A DNA stretch of 64,000 bases from an uncultured Actinomycetes bacterium (lineage in GTDB: Bacteria; Actinomycetota; Thermoleophilia; Gaiellales; Gaiellaceae), in contig CAVVCG010000046.1 in NCBI GenBank assembly GCA_963746655.1, positions 31,020 to 95,019 on the forward strand. The letters run 5' to 3'. The translations under genes were made by a program, and so were the position numbers. Below, piece by piece: positions 48,266 through 56,423 of the stretch (its first letter is position 1; each line of letters begins with the position of its first letter). The notes beneath the pieces were generated by a model. The model had not been told where the DNA came from. It did no database searches and saw only the letters and a list, made by a program, of their open reading frames with translations.

Positions 48266-49482
48266 TGCCGCCCCGCTTCCAGCTCCTCGCCCGCACGGGC
48301 TATCCCGACTTCCTCGACCTGCCGTGGGACGAGCCGCTGGAGGAGTGGCAGTCGGACCGGTTCGTCGAGGTCACGCGCGGCATCCACCGGCACGTCGTGC
48401 GCTTCGTCGACTACGACGGCTCGCTCTACGCGCTCAAGGAGCTGCCGGAGCGATACGCGGCGAACGAGCACCGGCTCCTCCGCGCCCTCAACGACGAGGA
48501 GATGCCGGCCGTCCAGGTCGTCGGCGTCGCGCGGCGCGAGCAGCTCGATCCGATCCTGATCACGAAGCACCTCGACTACTCGCTGCCGTTCCGCACACTC
48601 TTCACGCAGACGCCGCGCGGCGAGCTTCGCGACAAGCTGCTCAGCTCGCTCGCGGAGCTGCTCGTCCGCCTCCACCTCGCCGGCTTCTTCTGGGGCGACG
48701 TCTCGCTCTCGAACACGCTCTTCCGCCGCGACGCCGGCGGGCTCGCCGCCTACCTCGTCGACGCGGAGACGGGCGAGCTCCATCCGACGCTCACGGACGG
48801 ACAGCGGGCGCACGACCTCGAGATTGCGGTGGAGAACGTCGCCGGGGAGCTGCTCGACGTCGAGGCGGCCACCGGCATGGAGCTCGCGTACGACCCGTTC
48901 GAGACGGCCGAGCTCCTCCGCGACCGCTACGAGCGCCTCTGGGAGGAGGTCACGCGCGAGGAGGAGTTCGGCCAGGACGAGCGCTGGCGCCTGCACGAGC
49001 GGCTGCGCCGCCTGAACGAGCTCGGGTTCGACGTCGAGGAGATCGAGCTCGTCGCCGGCCCCGAGGGATACCGGCTCCAGCTCAACCCGCGCGTCGTCGA
49101 GCCGGGGCACCATCGCCGCCGGCTCCACTCGCGCACGGGCCTGGACGCACAGGAGAACCAGGCGCGGCGGATGCTGAACGACATCGCCGCCTACAAGGTG
49201 CACCTCGAGCGCGAGGAAGGCCGGCCGCCGTCCGAGTCGGTCGTGGCCCACCGCTGGGTGAACGAGGTCTTCGAGCCGACGATCGCCGCCATCCCACGCG
49301 AGCTCTTCGAGCGGCGCCAGCCGGCGGAGGTCTTCCACGAGATCCTCGAGCACCGCTGGTACCTGTCCGAGCAGAACGACGGCAGGGACGTGGGCATGGA
49401 GGCGGCCGTCGACTCGTACGTCAGGAACGTGCTCCCGCAGCACCCCCAGGAGCGCGTCCTCCCCGTGGACGACTTTACGTAG
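48265..49482 (+). CDS. DUF4032 protein with an N-terminal Kdo/WaaP/RIO-like kinase fold
   Basis: Blocks are LYALKELPERYAANEHRLLRAL, HLAGFFWGDVSLSNTLF and YLVDAETGE. A conserved C-terminal half includes HRWYLSEQ. The ATG overlaps the upstream TGA. Confidence 0.75.
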   Translation: MPPRFQLLARTGYPDFLDLPWDEPLEEWQSDRFVEVTRGIHRHVVRFVDYDGSLYALKELPERYAANEHRLLRALNDEEMPAVQVVGVARREQLDPILITKHLDYSLPFRTLFTQTPRGELRDKLLSSLAELLVRLHLAGFFWGDVSLSNTLFRRDAGGLAAYLVDAETGELHPTLTDGQRAHDLEIAVENVAGELLDVEAATGMELAYDPFETAELLRDRYERLWEEVTREEEFGQDERWRLHERLRRLNELGFDVEEIELVAGPEGYRLQLNPRVVEPGHHRRRLHSRTGLDAQENQARRMLNDIAAYKVHLEREEGRPPSESVVAHRWVNEVFEPTIAAIPRELFERRQPAEVFHEILEHRWYLSEQNDGRDVGMEAAVDSYVRNVLPQHPQERVLPVDDFT

Positions 49483-49533
49483 GCATTACGTTCGGCGCAC
49501 TCGGTGCTGACCGATCCGGGCGACAATCCGACC

Positions 49534-49927
49534 ATGTCGAGGAAGTGGATCCTCCTCGTTGCGGTCCTTGCGACGATCAACGTCAGCCTCTGGCTGACGA
49601 CGAGCGTGTTCGGCAGCGCCGCCGACGCCGTCCAGAACCAGCTGTTCGGCAACGGGATGGTGCGCGCCGAGGTCGTCCTCCAGGACGCGGCCGGACTGCA
49701 CGACATCCGCGTCGACCGCGGCAAGATCGTGTCCGTCTCCGGCGCCTCGCTGACGCTGAAGGAGACGGACGGCTCGATCGTGACGCTCGCGCTCTCGCCG
49801 ACCGTCGGCGCTGACGGTCGACGGCAAGAAGCGGCAGGTCCGCGCCCTCCGCCCGCGCATGACGGTGCAGTGGGCGCTCCGCGACGGCGACACGCCGGTC
49901 AGCCGTATCGTCGCCTTCAGCCGCTAG
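49534..49927 (+). pseudogene. Small membrane-anchored protein upstream of the two-component pair, with an apparent +1 frameshift near 49810
   Basis: MSRKWILLVAVLATINVSLWL to TLALSPTV continues in the next frame as ALTVDGKKRQVRALRPRMTVQWALRDGDTPVSRIVAFSR*. Confidence 0.55.
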
Positions 49928-49936
49928 CCTCAACAC

Positions 49937-50608
49937 GTGTCCGCGGGCACTGTCCTGCTGGTCGAAGACGAGCCGAGCATCGGAGCCCTCGTCCGGTCGT
50001 ACCTGGCGCAGCAGCGCTACGAGGTCGTCTGGGTGCGCTCCGGCGAGGAGGCGCTCGCCGAGCTGCCACGCCACCCGGTGCGGATCGTCGTCCTCGACAT
50101 CGGGCTTCCGGGGATGGACGGCTTCGACGTCTGCCGCGAGATCCGGCGCCGTTCGCGCGTGCCGGTGCTGATGCTGACCGCCCGCGACGAGGAGCCTGAC
50201 CGTGTCGCCGGGCTCGAGCTCGGCGCCGACGACTACGTGACGAAGCCGTTCTCGCCGCGGGAGCTCTCGGCCCGGATCAAGGCGATCCTGCGCCGCTCGG
50301 AGCAGACCGTGGAGAACGTGACGCTCGAGCTGGACAACATCGTCCTCGACCGCGACGCGCGCGAGGTCGTCGTCGACGGGCAGGACGTCGAGCTCACGGC
50401 CAAGGAGTTCGACCTGCTCGGCTGCCTGATGGAGAACCCGGGCATCGTGCTCTCGCGCGACACGCTGCTCGACCGCGTCTGGGGCATGGACTTCCCCGGC
50501 GGCACCCGCACCGTCGACGTCCATGTCGCCCAGCTGCGGCGGAAGATCGGCCGTCCCGAGCTGATCCGGACCGTGCGCGGCGCGGGCTACAAGCTCGTCA
50601 AGCCGTGA
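49937..50608 (+). CDS. OmpR/PhoB-family response regulator
   Basis: The receiver shows VLLVEDEP, VVLDIGLPGMDG and KPF. The winged helix shows LTAKEFDLLGCLMENPGIVLSRDTLLDRVWG to RTVDVHVAQLRRKI. Confidence 0.92.
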   Translation: MSAGTVLLVEDEPSIGALVRSYLAQQRYEVVWVRSGEEALAELPRHPVRIVVLDIGLPGMDGFDVCREIRRRSRVPVLMLTARDEEPDRVAGLELGADDYVTKPFSPRELSARIKAILRRSEQTVENVTLELDNIVLDRDAREVVVDGQDVELTAKEFDLLGCLMENPGIVLSRDTLLDRVWGMDFPGGTRTVDVHVAQLRRKIGRPELIRTVRGAGYKLVKP

Positions 50609-51921
50609 ACTCGCTCCGCGTCAGGCTCTTCGCGGCGATCGGCCTGATCGTCGTGCTCTCGATCGGCGTCACGCTCGCGGTCGCGATCCCGCTGACGCGC
50701 CGCGAGGCCCAGCGCTCGACGCTGGCCGACGTCGCGCGACAGGCGGATCTGATCGCCGAGAACCGGCGCCAGTCGGTCGCGGGGCTCCTCAACCTCGGCC
50801 CGCTGCGGCGCCAGCTCGCCGACCAGGACGAGCGGCTGCTCGTCGCGCCGCTGGACCGGCCGTCGCGCTACCTGAGCGCGGCCGACCTCGCGGCGCTGAG
50901 GCGCAACCGCCCCGTCGACGGCTCCTCGCAAGGCTCGTATCGCTCGGCGCGCAACGTCCAGGGCAAGGCGCTGATCCTCCTGCGGCCGAAGCGGTTCCCC
51001 AGCAAGCCGTACGTCGAGGCCCTCGCGCTCGGCGGCCTCGCGGGCGCGGCTCTCGCCGCGATCGCGGCGCTGCTGCTCGCGCGTGCCCTCGCCCGGCCGA
51101 TCCGCCAGGTCGCCGAGGCGAGCCGTCGGCTCGGAGCCGACCTGGTGCCGGAGCACGTCCCCGAGACGGGCGCCACGGAGCTGCGGATGCTGGCGCGCTC
51201 GTTCAACGAGATGACCGAGCAGCTCCGCAAGGCGCGCGACGCGGAACGTTCGTTCCTGCTCTCCGCCTCGCACGAGCTGAAGACGCCGCTGACGGCCATC
51301 CGCGGCTACGCGGAGGCGCTGGACGAGGGGGTCGTCAGCGTCGAGGACGCGGTCGCGACGATCCGCCTCGAGGCCGCACGGCTCGAGCGGCTCGTCCGCG
51401 ACCTGCTCGACCTCGCGCGGATGAACAAGGCGGAGTTCTCGTTCCAGCTCGAGGTGATCGACCTCGGCGAGGTCGCGGGCGAGGTCGTGCGGCGCTACGA
51501 GCAGGAGGCGCGCGCGTTCGGCGTCACGCTGGAGTCGGAGACGAACGGGTCGGCGCCGGCGAGGGCCGACCCGGATCGCGTCCTGCAGGTGATGTCGAAC
51601 CTCGTGGAGAACGCGCTACGGCTCGTACCGGTGGGCGGCGTCGTCCGCGTCGCGTCCGCGCCCGGCGAGCTGCGCGTCGAGGACACGGGCCCCGGTCTCG
51701 GCCCCGAGGAGCTGAGCCATGCGTTCGAGCGCTTCTACCTCTACGAGCGCTACGGCAAGGAGCGCCCCGTCGGCACGGGGCTCGGGCTCGCGATCGTGAA
51801 GCAGCTGGCCGAGGGGATGGGGGGCTCCGTGTCGGTCGAGAGCGACCCCGGCCGGCTCACGCGCTTCACGGTCCGCCTGCCGAAGGGACGCTTTACGTCG
51901 GTCTTACCGCCGGCGAACTGA
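50605..51921 (+). CDS. Sensor histidine kinase (TM-HAMP-HisKA-HATPase)
   Basis: The H-box is FLLSASHELKTPLTAIRGY, the N-box is NLVENALR, and G-boxes are EDTGPGL and GTGLGLAIV. The start overlaps the regulator gene. Confidence 0.92.
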   Translation: MNSLRVRLFAAIGLIVVLSIGVTLAVAIPLTRREAQRSTLADVARQADLIAENRRQSVAGLLNLGPLRRQLADQDERLLVAPLDRPSRYLSAADLAALRRNRPVDGSSQGSYRSARNVQGKALILLRPKRFPSKPYVEALALGGLAGAALAAIAALLLARALARPIRQVAEASRRLGADLVPEHVPETGATELRMLARSFNEMTEQLRKARDAERSFLLSASHELKTPLTAIRGYAEALDEGVVSVEDAVATIRLEAARLERLVRDLLDLARMNKAEFSFQLEVIDLGEVAGEVVRRYEQEARAFGVTLESETNGSAPARADPDRVLQVMSNLVENALRLVPVGGVVRVASAPGELRVEDTGPGLGPEELSHAFERFYLYERYGKERPVGTGLGLAIVKQLAEGMGGSVSVESDPGRLTRFTVRLPKGRFTSVLPPAN

Positions 51922-51980
51922 GGCCTGACCGGAGCGGGTGACACTCCGAAGCGTCAATCGGACGCAGGAGGGCATCACCG

Positions 51981-52550
51981 ATGAAGGGCAAGGCGCTTCT
52001 CTCGATGATCGTGGCGGCACTGGCGCTCAGCGGCGTCGCGCTCGCTCACGACGTGAACCGGATCATGGGCACTCCGGGCAACGACAACATCACCGGCACC
52101 GACGGTGTCGACTGGATCTCGGGCCTCAAGGGCGACGACTCGATCGCGGCGTACGCGGGCAACGACCGCGTCTGGGCCGGAGCCGGCAACGACGTGGTCG
52201 AGGGCGGCGCAGGCCGCGACCGGCTCACCGGCGGACCCGGCAACGACGTCCTCCGCGGCGGCCTCGACAACGACCTGCTGCGCGGCCGCCCGGGTGACGA
52301 CGTGGTCGAGGGCGGCGAGGGCGACGACGTGATCTGGGTCGGCTCGGGCGCAGACCGCGAGTTCGGCGGCCCCGGCAACGACCGCATGCACGCCCTCGCG
52401 AACGACCACCAGACGGACTTCGTCGACTGCGGTGCGGGCGACAAGGACGTCGTCTGGCTGAACGCCGCCGAGCAGGACACGCAGATCAACTGCGAGATCG
52501 TGAAGACGGTCACGGTCACCCCGCAGATGGCCGCGGACGACGACAAGTAG
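51981..52550 (+). CDS. Secreted calcium-binding protein with RTX-like (hemolysin-type) repeats
   Basis: It has a signal peptide (LLSMIVAALALSGVALA). Repeated G-x-x-G-N-D units include GTPGNDNITGTDG, AGAGNDVVEGGAGRD and GGPGNDVLRGG. Confidence 0.85.
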   Translation: MKGKALLSMIVAALALSGVALAHDVNRIMGTPGNDNITGTDGVDWISGLKGDDSIAAYAGNDRVWAGAGNDVVEGGAGRDRLTGGPGNDVLRGGLDNDLLRGRPGDDVVEGGEGDDVIWVGSGADREFGGPGNDRMHALANDHQTDFVDCGAGDKDVVWLNAAEQDTQINCEIVKTVTVTPQMAADDDK

Positions 52551-52577
52551 CACAGCTTCTCCGCTCCTCCTCCCCAG

Positions 52578-52607
52578 GACGAAGGCCCGCTCAGGCGGGC
52601 CTTCGTC
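52578..52607 (+). terminator. Intrinsic terminator-like hairpin after the RTX-like gene
   Basis: GACGAAGGCCCGC-tcag-GCGGGCCTTCGTC forms a perfect 13-bp stem, followed by GCTTGATT. Confidence 0.7.
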
Positions 52608-52637
52608 GCTTGATTCCTGGAGAAATCACCGTATGGA

Positions 52638-53108
52638 GTGATACGGGGTACCCCGTTTGGTACCGATGCAGTTGCGGACGCCGTGACCTCTTCCAGCCAG
52701 CCGATCCCCGCCGAGAAGGCACCGCTCGAGACGCTGCTCCTGCGCTCCGGCCTCCTGACCCTGCGCCAGATCGCCGAGGCCCAGCGCATCGAGGCGGAGA
52801 GCGGCAAGGCGTTGACCGAGGTGCTCGTCGAGAACGGCTGGGTCGACGCCGAGACGCTCGCACAGCTCGTCGCGGAAAACGAGCCCGCGGCGCCCGCCGA
52901 GTCGCCGGCGGTGTACGTCGTGCTGGCGAACCTGGACGACGGCGCCCGGCTGGAGGTCTCGGAGCACCCCGACGAGGCCGCCGCGCGAGTGTCCGCGGCG
53001 GGCGCGGTGGAGCTGATCGAGTCGAACTCGGAGGCATTGCTCGAGCTCGGCGACCGCCGCTTCCCGGCGTACGCGGTCACGTCGGTCGAGATCGTCGAGT
53101 TCGCCTAG
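52638..53108 (+). CDS. Stand-alone T2SSE_N/MshEN-like domain protein
   Basis: LETLLLRSGLLTLRQIAEAQRIEAESGKALTEVLVENGWVDAETLAQLVA matches the tandem helical motif of GspE/MshE N-domains. The start is uncertain (GTG 52638 or GTG 52683). The stop TAG lies in the CTAG flanking the MITE-like element. Confidence 0.6.
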   Translation: MIRGTPFGTDAVADAVTSSSQPIPAEKAPLETLLLRSGLLTLRQIAEAQRIEAESGKALTEVLVENGWVDAETLAQLVAENEPAAPAESPAVYVVLANLDDGARLEVSEHPDEAAARVSAAGAVELIESNSEALLELGDRRFPAYAVTSVEIVEFA

Positions 53109-53275
53109 AGGCTTGATGTGAAACCCCGGCACGCACGGCTGGTGTGCCAGACGCGGCGCGGTTCACTCGGCTCGGGCTTGCCCGTAGCAACCACTACGGG
53201 CTGCGCCCGATCCGGCTGAACCGCTTGGTCTGGCCCATCCCCGGCACGCACCCGAGTTTCACATCAAGCCTCTAG
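53105..53275. mobile_element. MITE-like non-autonomous element with CTAG flanks and 16-bp perfect terminal inverted repeats
   Basis: The structure is CTAG + AGGCTTGATGTGAAAC (53109-53124) ... GTTTCACATCAAGCCT (53256-53271) + CTAG. A subterminal direct repeat CCCGGCACGCAC occurs at 53125 and 53240. An internal hairpin is CCCGTAG..CTACGGG. It has no coding capacity. Confidence 0.7.
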
Positions 53276-53314
53276 CCGACACGTCCCTGACCGGAGGGGC
53301 GCTAGGCTCTCCGG

Positions 53315-54202
53315 GTGGAGGTGTTCCGCACGCCCGAGGAGCGGTTCGCCGGGCTCCCGGACTGGCCCTACGCACCGCGTTACGTCGAGCAGAGCGGCCT
53401 CCGGATGCACTACGTCGACGAGGGCGACGGCGATCCGATCCTCCTCCTGCACGGTGAGCCGACCTGGGCGTTCCTGTACCGGAAGGCGATCCCGCGCCTC
53501 GCGGAGGTGGGGCGCGTCGTCGCGCCGGACTACTTCGGCTTCGGCCGCTCGGACAAGCCGACGGACCCGGGCTGGTACTCGTACGACACGCACTACCGGT
53601 CGGTCGAGGAGCTCTGCGACCAGCTCGGACTCGCACGGCTGACGATCGTCGTGCAGGACTGGGGCGGCCCCCTCGGACTGCGCTACGCGGTCGAGCACCC
53701 CGAGCGCGTCGACCGGCTGGTGATCCTCAACACCGGCGTCGGCGGCGGGCGCGCCCCTTCCGAGGAGTGGCTCCGCTTCCGCGAGGTGATGCGCAATGTC
53801 GGCACCGGCATCGTCGTTTCGCGGCTTGTGCAGTCCGGCTGCGTCACGGAGCTCTCGCAGGCCGTGCTCGACGCGTACGACGCGCCGTTCCCGACCGCGG
53901 AGTCGAGGGTCGGCGTCGCGGAGTTCCCCGAGCAGGTGCCCGTCGAGCCGGAGCACCCGAACACGGCGAAGATGAACGACGTGCGCGAAGGGCTGCGCGG
54001 CTGGACGAAGCCGGCGCTCGTCATGTTCTCCGACTCGGATCGGATCTTCTCGCTGCGCCACGCCGAGCGGATGGCGGCGCTGATCCCCGGCGCCGAGCTC
54101 GGCCCGCCCGTCGAGGGTGCGGGCCACTTTCTGCAGGAGGAGCAGGGCGAGCAGATCGGCGAGCGCGTGGCGGCCTGGTTGGAGGGACGAGCCGTCAGGT
54201 GA
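53315..54202 (+). CDS. Haloalkane dehalogenase-type alpha/beta hydrolase
   Basis: Blocks are LLLHGEPTWAFLYRK, VVQDWGGPLGL (nucleophile elbow) and GAGHFLQEE. The N-terminal FAGLPDWPYAPRYV is typical of the HLD family. Confidence 0.85.
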   Translation: MEVFRTPEERFAGLPDWPYAPRYVEQSGLRMHYVDEGDGDPILLLHGEPTWAFLYRKAIPRLAEVGRVVAPDYFGFGRSDKPTDPGWYSYDTHYRSVEELCDQLGLARLTIVVQDWGGPLGLRYAVEHPERVDRLVILNTGVGGGRAPSEEWLRFREVMRNVGTGIVVSRLVQSGCVTELSQAVLDAYDAPFPTAESRVGVAEFPEQVPVEPEHPNTAKMNDVREGLRGWTKPALVMFSDSDRIFSLRHAERMAALIPGAELGPPVEGAGHFLQEEQGEQIGERVAAWLEGRAVR

Positions 54203-54341
54203 CCTGGCGGACCAGCACGCGTTCCCGCCCGATTCGATCCGTTCTGTTACCGAGATCCAGCCGGTGTACGACGCGATCGGCGAGCTGGGCGTCCGGCCGG
54301 TTGCCCATGATGCAGACGACACGACGCGAAAGGAGCGGGTA

Positions 54342-54740
54342 ATGACTAGGAGCAGTACCTGGGCCGGTTGGATCGGCTTCGCCGGCTGCCTCATGCTCAT
54401 CGTCGCGGCACTGGACTTCTTCCAGGGCCTGATCGCGATCATCCGCAAGCAGTACTACGTCCTGGCCCCGAACCAGATCATCGTCTTCGACCTCAGGACC
54501 TGGGGCTGGATCACGCTTTTCTGGGGGATCGTCGTCGGCCTGACCGGGTACGGGCTCTTGTCGAGGGCCGGATGGGCTCGCTGGACCGCGATCGTGATCG
54601 GCAGCTTCAATTTCATCGTTCAGCTCGGGTTTGTCGGAAGCGCGCAGTACACGTTGTGGGCCCTCACGGTGCTCGCCCTGACGGCGGTCGTGCTCTACGC
54701 CCTGATCGTGCGCTGGGATGAGGCGGTCGCCCAAACCTAG
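54342..54740 (+). CDS. Small four-TM membrane protein of unknown function
   Basis: An AAAGGAG RBS lies upstream. Hydrophobic segments include WIGFAGCLMLIVAALDFFQGLIAII and WGWITLFWGIVVGLTGYGLL. Local GC is lower than the surroundings. Confidence 0.65.
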   Translation: MTRSSTWAGWIGFAGCLMLIVAALDFFQGLIAIIRKQYYVLAPNQIIVFDLRTWGWITLFWGIVVGLTGYGLLSRAGWARWTAIVIGSFNFIVQLGFVGSAQYTLWALTVLALTAVVLYALIVRWDEAVAQT

Positions 54741-55038
54741 GAAGAGGCAGGACCCAGACGCTATCCACCATCGGGCAGGACGAGCGGGAAGTTCGTTAAG
54801 AACTGTCCGCGAGCTTTTCGGCGACCGCTGGCGGAGTGGGGCGGTCTCGAGGCGCCGCTGAGCGCGGCGATGCCGCTGAGCGGGGATAGTGTCAGGCGAA
54901 CAGCATCTCTTCGGCGGCTGCCGGGTCCCGGGTCGGGCAGTCGGGTCATCCGGAAGCTGTGACGAGGCCGAGCATGGCCGCGAGGAGCTGCACGTGTGGC
55001 GCGATCCGGACGGCCCTGGGGCCTTCGCTCTTGTGTCG

Positions 55039-56346
55039 ATGTGGGTGATCGACTTGCTTCCCCTCGAACGGATAACGATCCTCGGAGATTGGCAATGGCG
55101 TACCACAGGACACGGTGAGCACGTGACGCGGATCGCGATTCAGGACAAGCACATTCCCGAGTACGCCCAGCGAGTGTCGACGGCGTCGCAGGTGGGGCGT
55201 GGGGATCTTGCGCTGGAATTTGGGAGGAGCGTTGCGTCGTCGGCGCAGCTCCACGTCGAGGGCCGCAACTTCTATCCGCCGTTGCTCGCTGACATCGCGT
55301 CTGCGTCGTCGTCTGTCCATATCAATCAGTTCGGGTTTCGTCCCGGCTTGGTGGGCGATCGGTTCGCAAGTGCGCTGATTGCGAAGGCGCAAGAGGGCGT
55401 TCCCGTCCGGTTGATTGTGGATCGGCAGGGCTCCGACCCCGAGCGCGGCTCGCGGGAGTTCTATGAGCGGTTGACAAGAGCGGGGATTCAGGTGTGCGTG
55501 ACCCGCGCCATGCAGCCGCGGGTACCACGAGGGCCTCTGAATGCCGGCGGGGCCATCCGTTGGAACCTCGGCGGGCTGGGACACATTGACCATCGCAAGG
55601 TAGTGGTCGTCGACGGTCGCATCGGCTGGGTCGGCGGAGCTGGAATCGAAGACCATTTCGAGAACGGCGAGTTTCACGACCTGTTCGTGCGCGTCGAAGG
55701 TCCGGTCGTCGCGCAGTTGCAGCTCGTGTTCGTTGCCAGCCTGCGCTGGCTCGGTGGCGAGATCCCGACGAACAGTGTCCCTGAGCTGTTCCCGTCGCTC
55801 GACCAGGGCTCGAGCCCTGTGCCTGCGGTCGTGCTTCACAATGCGCCGGGACGGTTCAGACCGATCACCGAAGCGATCGCGGCTCTCATCGACCGAGCGG
55901 AGGACACGTTAGATGTCGTGAATCCGTACGTCACCGACCGCGGCATGATCGGGAGGATCGTTGCGGCGGCACGTCGCGGTGCCCGCGTTCGTCTGTTCGT
56001 ACCCGCGAACCCGAACAACTGGGCCTGTGGTGCGGCCGAGCAGTTCCACCACCGGCGACTGATCGAGGCAGGAGTCCAGATTCTGGGGTATCCGAAGATG
56101 CTGCATGCGAAGGCGTTCGTCGCCGACGCGGAGCAGGTGCTCGTCGGCACCTGCAACCTGGAAGCGTGGAGTCTGAAGAGGTTCTTCGAGATCGACGTCG
56201 GGTTTGTTTCCGCCGATCTCGTAACCCAGTTCGAGGAGCGGTTCTTTGCCCCCGCCGAAGAGATCAGCTCTGACCTGCAACCGCCTTCGACCCTCAAGGA
56301 GCGCACCCGCGCAGCGGCATTCGCGGCGATCTCGCCACTGCTTTAA
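55039..56346 (+). CDS. Phospholipase D/cardiolipin-synthase-like protein with two HKD motifs
   Basis: The HKD motifs are HIDHRKVVVVDGRIGWVGGAGI and MLHAKAFVADAEQVLVGTCNL. The start is uncertain (GTG 55033, ATG 55039 or GTG about 55125). Confidence 0.8.
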   Translation: MWVIDLLPLERITILGDWQWRTTGHGEHVTRIAIQDKHIPEYAQRVSTASQVGRGDLALEFGRSVASSAQLHVEGRNFYPPLLADIASASSSVHINQFGFRPGLVGDRFASALIAKAQEGVPVRLIVDRQGSDPERGSREFYERLTRAGIQVCVTRAMQPRVPRGPLNAGGAIRWNLGGLGHIDHRKVVVVDGRIGWVGGAGIEDHFENGEFHDLFVRVEGPVVAQLQLVFVASLRWLGGEIPTNSVPELFPSLDQGSSPVPAVVLHNAPGRFRPITEAIAALIDRAEDTLDVVNPYVTDRGMIGRIVAAARRGARVRLFVPANPNNWACGAAEQFHHRRLIEAGVQILGYPKMLHAKAFVADAEQVLVGTCNLEAWSLKRFFEIDVGFVSADLVTQFEERFFAPAEEISSDLQPPSTLKERTRAAAFAAISPLL

Positions 56347-56423
56347 CCGCCCACCGTTCCGCATCCGTCACAAGGTCGCACGCCGACGCGGATCACATCG
56401 CCGCACGTGAAAGGATCGTCGCC

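Noticed and set aside
52040-52420. Periodic DNA repeats, considered as a tandem-repeat locus or CRISPR-like array
   Set aside because: The periodicity is the degenerate nonapeptide (GxxGNDxxx) coding repeat of the RTX-like protein. There are no identical repeat/spacer units.
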